A stretch of 64,000 bases of DNA. Source: a virus. Location: IMG/VR virus record IMGVR_UViG_3300037468_000183, positions 40,081 to 104,080 of that record; one strand, written 5' to 3'. Every line of letters begins with the position of its first letter. Position 1 is the stretch's first letter. This document shows, one piece after another, positions 9,535-18,545 of this stretch. A program made the position numbers and the translations under genes. The notes beneath the pieces were generated by a model. The model was given only the letters and a program-made list of their open reading frames with translations, had not been told where the DNA came from and searched no databases.

Positions 9535-10728
9535 TCACTTGCCGACGATCTCTTTGCCGGCAACCTTCGCCTCGGCGCGCTTCTCCAGCGCCACGCAGAC
9601 GGCTTCCAGGTTCTCGGTCGTTACCTTCCGGAAGTTCTCGGCGTAGACCGCACGCAGAAGGTGCGGCATGTCGGCCTTGCCGTCCTTGCGATAGTACGGG
9701 AAGACCTGGACAAAGACCTCGCACCACTGCGCGAAGGCGTGGGCGGCCTTGCCTTCCATGTCCGCCATCTGGCCTCCGCCATGCGGCTTCGGGGCGGCGC
9801 TGCGCTCCACGGTGGCGCTCGTCATGGCGTGAAACTCCGCCTCCGCATCAGACAACGGCGGCTCGGTCGCGGGCGGTGGCTTGGACGCCGCGACGGGTGG
9901 CGGCTCCTCCTCGGCCAGGTCTTCGTCGTCGTCATCGTAGTCATCGTCATCGTCCGCGTCGTCAACGTGGCGGGCCGTCAGTTGCAACGGTTGGCCCGCG
10001 GCCAATGCCATCTGTTCCTCGGCCTCGACCTGCATCCGTGCCAACACCCACTCGGCGGCGGGCACGATCTTGACCAGGTCCTTGATGGTGCGATTGCGCC
10101 GGCCCGCAGCCTTATCCTCGTCCTTCCAGGCTGGCGTCGAGATGGATTGCTTGACGCGTAGCACGTTGAACAGGATGCCGTTGAGATGGCCGGCTTTGGT
10201 TTCGGCGTCCAGCAGACAGGCAGTGATGGAGACCAGATCATTAATGCTGTGTGTCTCCATCGTCACGAAGCCGACGAAGCCCGCCCGGATCAACTGCGGC
10301 ACGATCATGCTCAGGCGCCCGACTTGCTTACAGCCGGGGTTGTCCTTCGCGCGCGTCTTGGTTCCGGTGTAGTACGGACACGGCCGTTCGCCATCGGCAT
10401 AGTCGCCGTTGGCCGTGCGCCAGCGGTTCATTGTCTGACCGTCGCAACGATGCACCATACCGCCGTGGTCATATTCCTCAAACCACGTATTCCAATTCTG
10501 TTCCAGCGTCGCGAATGGCAGATAGGCCTCGATCAGCGCGGGCTTACCGCCGTATGCGGCATCGAAAGCGCGCTGCACATCCTGGCGTTCGCTCGTGAAA
10601 CGCCAGTGATCCAGGTCGGGGCCGGGGCGCTTCGGGTCGGTCTTGGGGCCGCCCTTGCGGAGTTTGCCCAAGTCCGGGAACTTGGGCGTGATGTCCTGGC
10701 GTCTTGTCATGCCGACTATGGGTGACAT
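9535..10728 (-). CDS. Gp3-like / recombination directionality factor-like protein with acidic linker
   Basis: LGKLRKG...RP..LDHWRFT, HRCDG, CPY...CKQVGRL, ETHS.N. Confidence 0.65.
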   Translation of the reverse strand: MSPIVGMTRRQDITPKFPDLGKLRKGGPKTDPKRPGPDLDHWRFTSERQDVQRAFDAAYGGKPALIEAYLPFATLEQNWNTWFEEYDHGGMVHRCDGQTMNRWRTANGDYADGERPCPYYTGTKTRAKDNPGCKQVGRLSMIVPQLIRAGFVGFVTMETHSINDLVSITACLLDAETKAGHLNGILFNVLRVKQSISTPAWKDEDKAAGRRNRTIKDLVKIVPAAEWVLARMQVEAEEQMALAAGQPLQLTARHVDDADDDDDYDDDDEDLAEEEPPPVAASKPPPATEPPLSDAEAEFHAMTSATVERSAAPKPHGGGQMADMEGKAAHAFAQWCEVFVQVFPYYRKDGKADMPHLLRAVYAENFRKVTTENLEAVCVALEKRAEAKVAGKEIVGK

Positions 10729-11396
10729 AAAAGTTCCTCCTCTGTATGCTCCTGTAACTTCTTGGCCTGCCACCTCGCGTTTGCCGCCGCGCTTTGCTTG
10801 GCCTTTCCATCCGGTGTAGCCAAGCGGACTTTGTGCGAGGCAGACATCTTGGCACGCGTCTCGGTGCTGTGTACGCGCCCCTTGATTGCAGCGCTGTGTT
10901 GGGCACGTGCCTCTGGATTGCTCATCTGAATTATTGCCGCGGCGCTTATCTTCTCGCGTGTCTCCGGGCTGACTACCTTGCCCCTCTGCGCCGCGCCTAT
11001 CTTAGCGCGTGTTTCGGCAGTCTGCGTCCGCCCTCTCAGCATGGCGCGTATTTCGTCGCTATAGTGAACTCCCCTGCACGTCCTGGGGTGTGGAGCTATG
11101 TTATAACCATGCTCTCTGTCGTATGATCGTAACGTGTCCATCCAGTGTTGTTCGCGCTCGTCCAGCCGCGCCAAATCCTCGATGTGTTCCAGGACAATGA
11201 TCTCGAAAGCCTCCCATCCGTACTTCGCAACGGCGCGATACAAAGGGTGCGGCTTCTTCCCGACCAAGCACCGATGTTGGTATATGCGCTCTCTGAGGCA
11301 CTGCGCCTGACCCACGTACACCTTGCCGCTTTCCACATGGAAGATGCCGTAGATGCCAGTAAACTTCCAGTCGCCCCAATACGCTTTCGGCATCAT
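10716..11396 (-). CDS. GIY-YIG homing endonuclease with NUMOD3 repeats
   Basis: GIYGI...YVGQA...R; GYNI; repeated HS.ETRAKMS. Confidence 0.9.
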   Translation of the reverse strand: MMPKAYWGDWKFTGIYGIFHVESGKVYVGQAQCLRERIYQHRCLVGKKPHPLYRAVAKYGWEAFEIIVLEHIEDLARLDEREQHWMDTLRSYDREHGYNIAPHPRTCRGVHYSDEIRAMLRGRTQTAETRAKIGAAQRGKVVSPETREKISAAAIIQMSNPEARAQHSAAIKGRVHSTETRAKMSASHKVRLATPDGKAKQSAAANARWQAKKLQEHTEEELLCHP

Positions 11397-11404
11397 GTTG
11401 CCTC

Positions 11405-11746
11405 CTATGTCTTGAGAATCGCGTCCTGCATATCTGCGGGCAATCCGGCGATGATGGTATCTTCCAGCGGATTGTACGGATGCGCTGCGGGTTGTTCGAT
11501 GGTATCCTGGAGCAGTGCGGCACGCACATGAGCCGCCGCCCCGCCGTCCGGGAACGTCAGCGTTGAGCCATCCACGAAGCGCACGAGTACGCCGGTATGC
11601 GTCTCGTGCTTGACCGCCACTGTGACCGCAAATCCATTGCGATCCTGCTCATACTGCGGCACGTCTTTTCGCCACTGAAAGTCAAGGTTGGCCCAGGCGA
11701 TGGCGTCTAGGTTAATGACATGGCCGCCCACGGCGATACTGTTCAT
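11405..11746 (-). CDS. Hypothetical protein
   Basis: AGGAG RBS, ATGA overlap. Confidence 0.65.
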   Translation of the reverse strand: MNSIAVGGHVINLDAIAWANLDFQWRKDVPQYEQDRNGFAVTVAVKHETHTGVLVRFVDGSTLTFPDGGAAAHVRAALLQDTIEQPAAHPYNPLEDTIIAGLPADMQDAILKT

Positions 11747-11985
11747 TGCTCACTCCTATAATGCTTCGGATCGTCCGACCAGTGGCGGTCGAAAGGATCG
11801 GCAAAGCCGAGTACGTCCACTGCGTAGCCGTATGCGGAGCAGATGACCTCTGGCGCATAGGCATTGTAGCCGTCAATCGTGGCTTTCGGCTCGAAGTCGT
11901 AGACTGCGCCGCCTGTCATGGCAATAAAGACGCCCTCGGCAAACTTGGGATATTCGGCGCTGTCCTCCTGCGGGGTATCGTCCAT
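11743..11985 (-). CDS. Hypothetical protein
   Basis: AAGGAGG RBS. Confidence 0.65.
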   Translation of the reverse strand: MDDTPQEDSAEYPKFAEGVFIAMTGGAVYDFEPKATIDGYNAYAPEVICSAYGYAVDVLGFADPFDRHWSDDPKHYRSEQ

Positions 11986-12102
11986 GTCATCCTCCTTACC
12001 TGAGTCCCCAGGCCGCGCCGGGTGACGCGGACACGACATAATACATGAATGCGCCGAATGCCACGCCGACGAGGAGCAGCAGAGCGGCGTCGATAAGACG
12101 GT

Positions 12103-12327
12103 TCATGCTTCCAGCCTAATCTGAATCGCGGACTTGATTACCGCGGGCAAGTTGCTCCAGGCGATCAACGGCAGTGAGCGTTGCACCTTTGCGGGTCGCC
12201 ACTGTATCCAAATGGCGGTGTTCATACGGGACAAATCAGGATTCGCCGTCACCTGATCTTCGCTGAAGAAATTCGCGTTTCCAGCACGTGAGCCGAGATG
12301 CAATGCTATCCACTGTGCGATATTCAT
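12103..12327 (-). CDS. Hypothetical protein
   Basis: AAGGAGG RBS. Confidence 0.6.
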   Translation of the reverse strand: MNIAQWIALHLGSRAGNANFFSEDQVTANPDLSRMNTAIWIQWRPAKVQRSLPLIAWSNLPAVIKSAIQIRLEA

Positions 12328-12494
12328 ACCCCATCCTCCTTTTGCAGGTCTAGCGCGCCTTGCCCATACGCGACATGCGCAGGGTTGCAACCGCCCGGAT
12401 GACCGGGGAGTAGCGCACCACGAGTTGACACGTGACCCCTAGACCTGCGCCCAAGCAATCATGCTCCGGCCGCCGATAAATGCGACTCGGTTGG

Positions 12495-12830
12495 TTATGA
12501 TGGCGTATGCCGCCGCTTGTATATGGCGTATGCTGCACGATTCAAGTGGCGTTTGCGCCACCCATCGTAGATGCCCCTGATCCAGAGGCCAAGACTCATA
12601 CTTACATGAGATTGCTCCTGCCACAACTTGACTTTCAACGTCTCGCGCATCTGGTAATAACGGTCGTTTTGCGCCTTACCACCCAAAATCTCAAGCCATT
12701 TTGCTTCGCCTTCGGGTGTACCAAATACGACAGTCTCACGCGCCAGCAGTACACGCTCCCACAACTCATCGAATTCTGCTTGTTCTTCGGGTGTAGGCTC
12801 TTGGCGCGTATCCTCTTTTTCGTCAAACAT
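12495..12830 (-). CDS. Hypothetical protein
   Basis: AAGGAG RBS. Confidence 0.65.
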   Translation of the reverse strand: MFDEKEDTRQEPTPEEQAEFDELWERVLLARETVVFGTPEGEAKWLEILGGKAQNDRYYQMRETLKVKLWQEQSHVSMSLGLWIRGIYDGWRKRHLNRAAYAIYKRRHTPS

Positions 12831-13213
12831 AGGTTTGCTCCTTCGATGCCAGCCTTTTGAGATGTCCGGCTGGCAGGGCGTGATATGCTTGCCGACCCAC
12901 AGCGTCTAGTCAGGTCTGGCCCACATTGCCCACGGCGGCATGGTGTCCGTCAGGGTTGCAACCGCCCCGCTCACGCGAGGGAGTAGTGGACTTCTAGATG
13001 ACGCATCGTCAGCTTGTCCCTGTCACCGGCGGCCGGTTGCCGGTTGGTTCTGTTTGCCTGACCACGTGGATCAGCGAGTGCGCTTACCAGCCGCCTGTAT
13101 CATCATGCCATCGCACCTCCTGTCTGTCATCTCCCGCCCTGGCGTCAAGTGTGACACGCCGTGCAGTCACGCTCCGCTAGGGGATTGTCACGAGCAGGGC
13201 AGGATATTGGCCG

Positions 13214-13414
13214 CTATGCCTCTCCGCCGCACATCGCGACGATGCTCGTCAGGGCGTCAATGATCCGGCCCATGTCCCCCACGTTGCCCCAGGTGACATC
13301 ATCCGGTGCGACCTCGCCCATGTCGGCCAGATAATCCTGGACACGAGACAGGAGTTCGGTCGCCACGGCGGTGCGGGCGATGTAGGCATCAAGTGCGGCC
13401 TGTTTGGTGTACAT
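13214..13414 (-). CDS. Hypothetical protein
   Basis: GGAAGGA RBS; PDDVTWGNVG motif seen in small phage proteins. Confidence 0.65.
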   Translation of the reverse strand: MYTKQAALDAYIARTAVATELLSRVQDYLADMGEVAPDDVTWGNVGDMGRIIDALTSIVAMCGGEA

Positions 13415-13430
13415 GGTTGCGTATCCTTCC

Positions 13431-13649
13431 CTATGCGATTCTGATGCAGTCATGCTGCACCTTGATCTTGCCTGCGTCGCACAGTGCGGCGATGATCTGC
13501 TGATACATATCCAGCGTCATGCCGAACTCAGACATGGCGGCGTAGATGATGCCGCTCGGTGCGCCAGTCGGCCCGGCGTGTTCGGCAGCGTCCAGGATGG
13601 CCGCACAAGTCAGCCGGAGGACCTTGATGGCCCGATCTTTGTCGGTCAT
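13431..13649 (-). CDS. Small winged-helix-like protein
   Basis: AGGAG RBS; GAPSGIIYAAM...LCDAGKI. Confidence 0.6.
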   Translation of the reverse strand: MTDKDRAIKVLRLTCAAILDAAEHAGPTGAPSGIIYAAMSEFGMTLDMYQQIIAALCDAGKIKVQHDCIRIA

Positions 13650-13840
13650 GGTTGCGACTCCTGAAGGGGATGCACGAACTCCATCCCTCCGATGTCGTGC
13701 CGCTTGCACTGTGCCAATCCCTCAGCAATCAGCTTGTCCAGAACGGTCGGGTTGACGAAACCGGATGAATAACGGCCATCGAATCTGCGAATCGGTTCCT
13801 CGGTCAAGATTTGCAAAATCCGTTCACGCTCGTCGGTCAT
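13646..13840 (-). CDS. Hypothetical protein
   Basis: AGGAG RBS, ATGA coupling. Confidence 0.65.
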   Translation of the reverse strand: MTDERERILQILTEEPIRRFDGRYSSGFVNPTVLDKLIAEGLAQCKRHDIGGMEFVHPLQESQP

Positions 13841-14106
13841 GGTTGCGACTCCTTGACAATCGCTGTGAAATAGCTCGTCTTGGGCCAATTGGCCCAGTCA
13901 TCGCGGCTCGTCACGGTGCCGGGAATGTCGGCCGCGCGGAGCGCCTGCTCAACGCTGTTGGCCCACATTTCGGCGGTCTTCCCGAAGGCGTAGAAGTAGC
14001 TGCGCTTCAGTTCGATCTCGCCGGTTTTCTTGCAGACGATTTGGTCAGCGAAAACCGGGGCAACGTCCTGGATGAAGGTCTTGATGCGTTCCTGATACGG
14101 TGTCAT
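13837..14106 (-). CDS. Hypothetical protein
   Basis: AGGAAAGGA RBS. Confidence 0.65.
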   Translation of the reverse strand: MTPYQERIKTFIQDVAPVFADQIVCKKTGEIELKRSYFYAFGKTAEMWANSVEQALRAADIPGTVTSRDDWANWPKTSYFTAIVKESQP

Positions 14107-14194
14107 GGTTGCGTGTCCTTTCCTGCGTGCTGCGGCGGGCATGGCCCTTCCGACCGGCGAAGGTCGGCGCTCGATGCCCGCCGCGGTTGTTGCG

Positions 14195-14464
14195 TTAGCG
14201 ATAATTACGAACGGCCTTCTTGGCCGCTAATACTGCTGCGTCCCAGGCGTCGTAATCGGCATCGCTGTAGTCATCATTCGTCGGGATGGCTGAGCGGAAC
14301 TGCGGCGCAACGATGTCGCGCACGAACTCGCGCAGTTGCTTGTTTGGTACATCGCCGGTGACAATGATGTCAATATTCCCATCGCCCGACTCTGAAACCT
14401 TCGGGTCTAGCAGTTTCACCCCGTCTACGGGGTGATTCACGATTGTGAATTTGATGGTTGCCAT
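14195..14464 (-). CDS. Hypothetical protein
   Basis: AGGAG/AAGGA RBS. Confidence 0.65.
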   Translation of the reverse strand: MATIKFTIVNHPVDGVKLLDPKVSESGDGNIDIIVTGDVPNKQLREFVRDIVAPQFRSAIPTNDDYSDADYDAWDAAVLAAKKAVRNYR

Positions 14465-14578
14465 GTCCTTATCTCCTGTGTTTATTGGCTCCTGACTGCA
14501 CACGTCAACGCTGCGATGGCGTGGCGCTGGATGTGCAGTCAGCAGCCAACAAGCGCGGGGCCTGTTGCTGCGGTGGTG

Positions 14579-14743
14579 TTAGCTGACCTGCTCCCAGATG
14601 AAGTCTTCAAGCGCCTTCTTGAAGTCGTGGTTGGTCAAGTACTCTCGAATCAGTTCGGTATCGGCTGCGGCGTCCAGCTTGCCCGCCTTGCGCTGCTCGT
14701 CTGCGATCTGGTTGAAGATGGCCCTTGCTTCTGCGGTGGTCAT
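14579..14743 (-). CDS. Hypothetical protein
   Basis: AGGAG RBS. Confidence 0.6.
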   Translation of the reverse strand: MTTAEARAIFNQIADEQRKAGKLDAAADTELIREYLTNHDFKKALEDFIWEQVS

Positions 14744-14783
14744 GTCTGCGGTCTCCTGTGCCCCGGTCGCTGCCGGGGCGGTG

Positions 14784-14969
14784 TTAGCGACTCGTTGCAA
14801 TCCGGTCGCTGATTTTCCATGCCAGTTCCTTGTCTTCCTGCGTTGCGCTGCGGCGAGCGAGCACCGTGCGGATGGCCTCACGAATGGTGCTCAGTCCCCA
14901 CTCCCGCATGTAGCGCACGCTGTTCTGGTCTTGCTCGTTCAGGATGCTGCGGGCTTCATTGAGTTTCAT
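14784..14969 (-). CDS. Hypothetical protein, first gene of the leftward early operon
   Basis: GAGGAGG RBS. Confidence 0.6.
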   Translation of the reverse strand: MKLNEARSILNEQDQNSVRYMREWGLSTIREAIRTVLARRSATQEDKELAWKISDRIATSR

Positions 14970-15242
14970 CCTGTCCTCCTCGTGTCCAGTCATCAGCATT
15001 GTGTCGAGGCTTTGAACTCGCACCCAGGTGGGTGGCTGCTTTACTGGTTGCCTCTGGTTTCTTCTTTTGTAGCTGTGCCCCTGCCAGTTTTCGATTCCCT
15101 CACGCTCGCTCCGGGTTTTGCTTCGGGTGATCTGCTGGGTTACTATCCCGCTTGGTTCACCCGCCTCCCCGTCTCGTCGTGGCGGTCTGCCTGGTCGTTC
15201 GGTCTCGGCTTTCAAGGTGCTTTCTACTTTCTAACTATCTAC

Positions 15243-15271
15243 ACTATAGCACGTTTATACACGTTTGTCAA
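15243..15271 (-). promoter_or_regulatory. Leftward sigma70-type early promoter
   Basis: TTGACA-17 bp-TATAGT on minus strand, in an AT-rich island. Confidence 0.85.
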
Positions 15272-15343
15272 TAGGTAAAAGGACGAGTTTTGGAAATGTG
15301 TTAAAATGTTAAGGTTCAAACTCATAAATACGCTGCGATAAGT

Positions 15344-15372
15344 TTGACAATCTGTTATAATGGGCTTAGACT
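15344..15372 (+). promoter_or_regulatory. Rightward sigma70-type promoter
   Basis: TTGACA-17 bp-TAGACT followed by AAGGAG RBS. Confidence 0.75.
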
Positions 15373-15393
15373 ATAAACAAAGGAGCAACAACA

Positions 15394-15603
15394 ATGAGCG
15401 AAAACGAATATCTTACCGTGGATCAGGCGGCGGAGCGTGCCAACCGCCACGCGCAGACGATCAGGAATTGGGTACGCTCAGGCAAACTACCTGCCTTTCG
15501 CCTGGGGCAATCGTATTTAATCCGGCCCGAAGACCTCGACGCAATGTATCAGCCGGTGCAGGTCAAGCCGGTGACGACCGTCGAGCCGGAGGTGGCGCCA
15601 TGA
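15394..15603 (+). CDS. HTH_17/excisionase-like DNA-binding protein
   Basis: YLTVDQAAE...HAQTIRNWVRSGKLPAFRLG. Confidence 0.9.
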   Translation: MSENEYLTVDQAAERANRHAQTIRNWVRSGKLPAFRLGQSYLIRPEDLDAMYQPVQVKPVTTVEPEVAP

Positions 15604-15899
15604 CCTGGCCTGCATCGGGCTGGACAACGCCGCTTGGCGAAACGTCGCCGCTGATTCATGGCGTCGTTCTGGCATTGCTGGCGCTGACGATCTGGATGTA
15701 CGGCCATTATTACGTCTGGCCGGTCGTCGTGCGCATCGGACAACGCGTGCCACGGCCAACGCCGCGTATGCGCACGGCTCAGGTCGCGCCACAGCCAGCG
15801 GCGGCCGATGAGGTGGACGTAATGGCGGCTGATACTGAAACCGTAGCTCAGACGACGCGGCGCGGCAAATACAACATGGGATTCGACTGGGAGCGTTAG
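15600..15899 (+). CDS. Single-TM membrane protein
   Basis: GGAGG RBS, ATGA coupling, hydrophobic GVVLALLALTIWMYG. Confidence 0.7.
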   Translation: MTWPASGWTTPLGETSPLIHGVVLALLALTIWMYGHYYVWPVVVRIGQRVPRPTPRMRTAQVAPQPAAADEVDVMAADTETVAQTTRRGKYNMGFDWER

Positions 15900-15902
15900 G
15901 CC

Positions 15903-17405
15903 ATGAGCGGTGGAAGGTTCGCACTTGCACTGGTGGCTGGCGGGGTCGTGATTGCCGTCTGCGTGATCGCGCTGAACTTTTTCGATCCACCGGCGCAGAG
16001 CGTGCGCGCCACGAGCGCGGCGTTGACCATCGCTGAGCAGCAGGCGCTCGCGCCGACCTGGATGGACGTCAAGCGCGGACTGCTGACAAGTGCGGGCATG
16101 GGTGGTTCGGTGCTGATCGTCTCGCTGTGCCTGGGCCTCTCGTTCCTGGTGCTACGCGAGCCCTTGCTCCTCCGCCATCACAAAGGTATCTTCCCCGCGT
16201 TCTTCACCATCCTCGGACTGCGCGCCAGCGACCCGCCCGGCAACCCGGAGGCGCACGCTGAGTATGCGCGTGTGGCTGGCGTGCAACGTCCGCTCGGTCG
16301 TCCGGCGTTGCCGCGGCCCGACGCACAACTGGCGCTGCCCGCGCCCGATGATCTCACTGTCGAGCTTGATCCCGTCGAGGTCTTGGCTCCCGAACTGGAT
16401 TCGCATCCGCACAAACTCATCATTGCCGAGAGTCGCTTCGGCAAAACCAACTTGGCGTGGGCCATCATCCGGCGCTATCAAGCGGCGCTGCCGGATTGCG
16501 AGTTCCTGGTGCTGTCGATGATCGAAAGCAAGTGGCCCGATCTGCAAGTCGCATCCACCGGCGCGCAGATGTTGGCGGCGATGACCGCCGTCGAGCAGGA
16601 ATTGATCCGGCGCGACAATCTGCTGAAGCAACTCCGAATCACGGACGTGCACGAGAGTGACGTGCTGAACGCGTTCGCCGTGGTCTTCGATGAGGTCGAG
16701 ACGACTTTCGAACTGATGTCCGGCGCACAGCGCACCGAGTTTCGGCGGCTGGTAACGCGCTACGTCAACCAAGCCGGCAACGTCAAAGGCGCGTTGATCT
16801 CGCTGTCGCAAACCGGCTCACGCGACATTCTGCCGAAGTCGATCCTGGCGAATGCAGATTTGTATATCGGGCGTTGTGGCACCTACGTGCCGGCGTCGTT
16901 CTCGATCCAGGAACCGGTGCTCGTGAACGCGCTCAGCCGGGCTGAGAAGGGCCAGTGGTATTCGTATCGTCATCGGGCCTGGTTCACGGCTCCGCTGGTC
17001 AAACCGCCACATGATGTGCGGCTGTGGAGTGGCTGGAAGCCGACGCTGGAACTCACCGCCGATGGCGAGGCGGATGGCATGGGTGCCAATGATGCACCGG
17101 ACGGCGCAGCCCTACCCCTACTCCCTACTGACGGGGAGGGGGGGGTGTGGCCCGATTTCGGAGTAGGGGTAGGCGTAGGCGACAGTAGGGGATATACATT
17201 TGCCATCGATGAGACCTTCAAGCGGCGCGTTCTGGAGGTTTGGGATGGTCTGGAGAAGCCGAACTATACTGCCGTCCAGAAGATTATGTTTCCCGATCAG
17301 GAAGACGGCGGGGCGCACTGGAAGGCCATCAAGGCGGTCATCATCGCGCGCCGTGAGGTAGAGCGCCAGCGGCATCGCAAGCAATACCTGGAGGCAACAG
17401 CATGA
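15903..17405 (+). CDS. Membrane-anchored FtsK/SpoIIIE/TraB-like P-loop ATPase
   Basis: Two N-terminal TM segments; PHKLIIAESRFGKT (Walker A), ELIRR, AVVFDE (Walker B), SLSQ; C-terminal helical domain. Confidence 0.75.
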   Translation: MSGGRFALALVAGGVVIAVCVIALNFFDPPAQSVRATSAALTIAEQQALAPTWMDVKRGLLTSAGMGGSVLIVSLCLGLSFLVLREPLLLRHHKGIFPAFFTILGLRASDPPGNPEAHAEYARVAGVQRPLGRPALPRPDAQLALPAPDDLTVELDPVEVLAPELDSHPHKLIIAESRFGKTNLAWAIIRRYQAALPDCEFLVLSMIESKWPDLQVASTGAQMLAAMTAVEQELIRRDNLLKQLRITDVHESDVLNAFAVVFDEVETTFELMSGAQRTEFRRLVTRYVNQAGNVKGALISLSQTGSRDILPKSILANADLYIGRCGTYVPASFSIQEPVLVNALSRAEKGQWYSYRHRAWFTAPLVKPPHDVRLWSGWKPTLELTADGEADGMGANDAPDGAALPLLPTDGEGGVWPDFGVGVGVGDSRGYTFAIDETFKRRVLEVWDGLEKPNYTAVQKIMFPDQEDGGAHWKAIKAVIIARREVERQRHRKQYLEATA

Positions 17406-17515
17406 AAGCCTGGCTATGGTTCGGCCTGGGCATGTTGACGATGTGGGTGCTCAGCAATCCGGGCATGTTCAAAGCCTGGCTGCTCAGCGCCTTCGCGATT
17501 ATGGGAGTACACTGA
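17402..17515 (+). CDS. Small hydrophobic membrane peptide
   Basis: GGAGG RBS, ATGA coupling; MKAWLWFGLGMLTMWVL. Confidence 0.55.
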   Translation: MKAWLWFGLGMLTMWVLSNPGMFKAWLLSAFAIMGVH

Positions 17516-17516
17516 C

Positions 17517-17999
17517 ATGGCAACCATCATCGTTGCCGCGCCGCAATGCACGCCGGCGCGCTACTGGCAGACGCGTGTCGAGGGCCAGCTTGCAGAGTAT
17601 GGCGCAAAACAGGCCGGCCTGCGCGTCGATGCGGAGGAAGTCGGGAAGTCCTACATCCGCATCAAGGTTGACGTTTCGGACGACTACGCCAACTTTGCCG
17701 AGTATACGCTACTGCGTTTCGGCTATCAGCAGATGTCGAAGCCCATCAATCCCAAGAATCAAAAGTTGGCGAAACGCTATCTCGACTTGGCGGCGGCTGG
17801 CGCATCATGGCAGGAAGCCGGCTGCAAGACGAAAAACAAAGGCGCGGTCATCGGGGAGCTTGGCGTGAGTGCGCCGGTGCCATCCTGGAAATCTCAGGGC
17901 AAACTATGGAGTCAAGGCTATAAGCCGGCGACCAAACGCCGCAAGGCGCGTCAGCACAAGGGTGCTTTGCGGACATGGCTGGAGGATTTGCTACCATGA
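17517..17999 (+). CDS. Hypothetical basic protein
   Basis: GGGAG RBS, operon packing. Confidence 0.65.
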   Translation: MATIIVAAPQCTPARYWQTRVEGQLAEYGAKQAGLRVDAEEVGKSYIRIKVDVSDDYANFAEYTLLRFGYQQMSKPINPKNQKLAKRYLDLAAAGASWQEAGCKTKNKGAVIGELGVSAPVPSWKSQGKLWSQGYKPATKRRKARQHKGALRTWLEDLLP

Positions 18000-18187
18000 C
18001 CCTGCCGCAACTGCTCGCCATCGCCGCTGGCATCGCCAGCATCATCCTGGTGCTGATCGACAACGAGCGCATCGCGGCACGCTCACCGCCAACGGACGCC
18101 ACGGAGGACACGCCCGAACCGCAGCCGGCCATCCGGCTGAACTCATGGGATGAGCAGGAGCGATACATTCGGAGGGAGAAACCATGA
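17996..18187 (+). CDS. Small N-terminally anchored membrane protein
   Basis: GGAGG RBS; LLAIAAGIASIILVLI. Confidence 0.6.
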   Translation: MTLPQLLAIAAGIASIILVLIDNERIAARSPPTDATEDTPEPQPAIRLNSWDEQERYIRREKP

Positions 18188-18471
18188 CCGGAGCATATTG
18201 GCCCGCGGCGACTTGGCCCGCAGATGACAACACGGAGGAAGCCATGACCGGAACGACACCACCGAAACAGCCGAGCACGACACTTGTCGCGTACTGTCCA
18301 GAGTGCTTTGGGATGCGCATGATCCTGTGTCGCGAGAACATTGTGAGCGACCGGCCGCAAGCGTATTGGTTCGCCTGCACGGACTGTGGGGTAGAAACGA
18401 CTCATGCGCCAACGCTCAGCGCCGTCAGAGACATGGTGCGCTGGGTGCCGATTGACGCCACGCTGGACTAG
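18184..18471 (+). CDS. Zn-ribbon (Lar-like) protein
   Basis: CPEC...CTDC...W; alternative start at 18244. Confidence 0.55.
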   Translation: MTGAYWPAATWPADDNTEEAMTGTTPPKQPSTTLVAYCPECFGMRMILCRENIVSDRPQAYWFACTDCGVETTHAPTLSAVRDMVRWVPIDATLD

Positions 18472-18545
18472 GCTGGACGCACCGCAAATGGCAAGGCCGA
18501 CTTCTTGCGGAGTCGGCCTTGTCATTGTTGGGGCAGGTGGTGCGG

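Noticed and set aside
12975-13125. Stop-codon recoding suggested by SD + ATG GCA TGA TGA on the minus strand
   Set aside because: All major genes read normally with code 11 and use TGA as a stop; the read-through product is not protein-like
16-14812. Long plus-strand ORFs over the early arm (and minus-strand ORFs over the virion arm)
   Set aside because: Antisense shadows of GC-rich genes, lacking RBS or motifs
14955-15025. Possible hammerhead ribozyme (CTGATGA...GAAAC on the minus strand)
   Set aside because: Stems I and II do not pair properly around the core, and GAAAC is the start of the downstream ORF
8444-15603. Excisionase-like HTHs and RDF-like protein as evidence of an integrating prophage
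   Set aside because: No integrase or att site in the window, and these families often act as regulators; an integrase outside the window cannot be excluded
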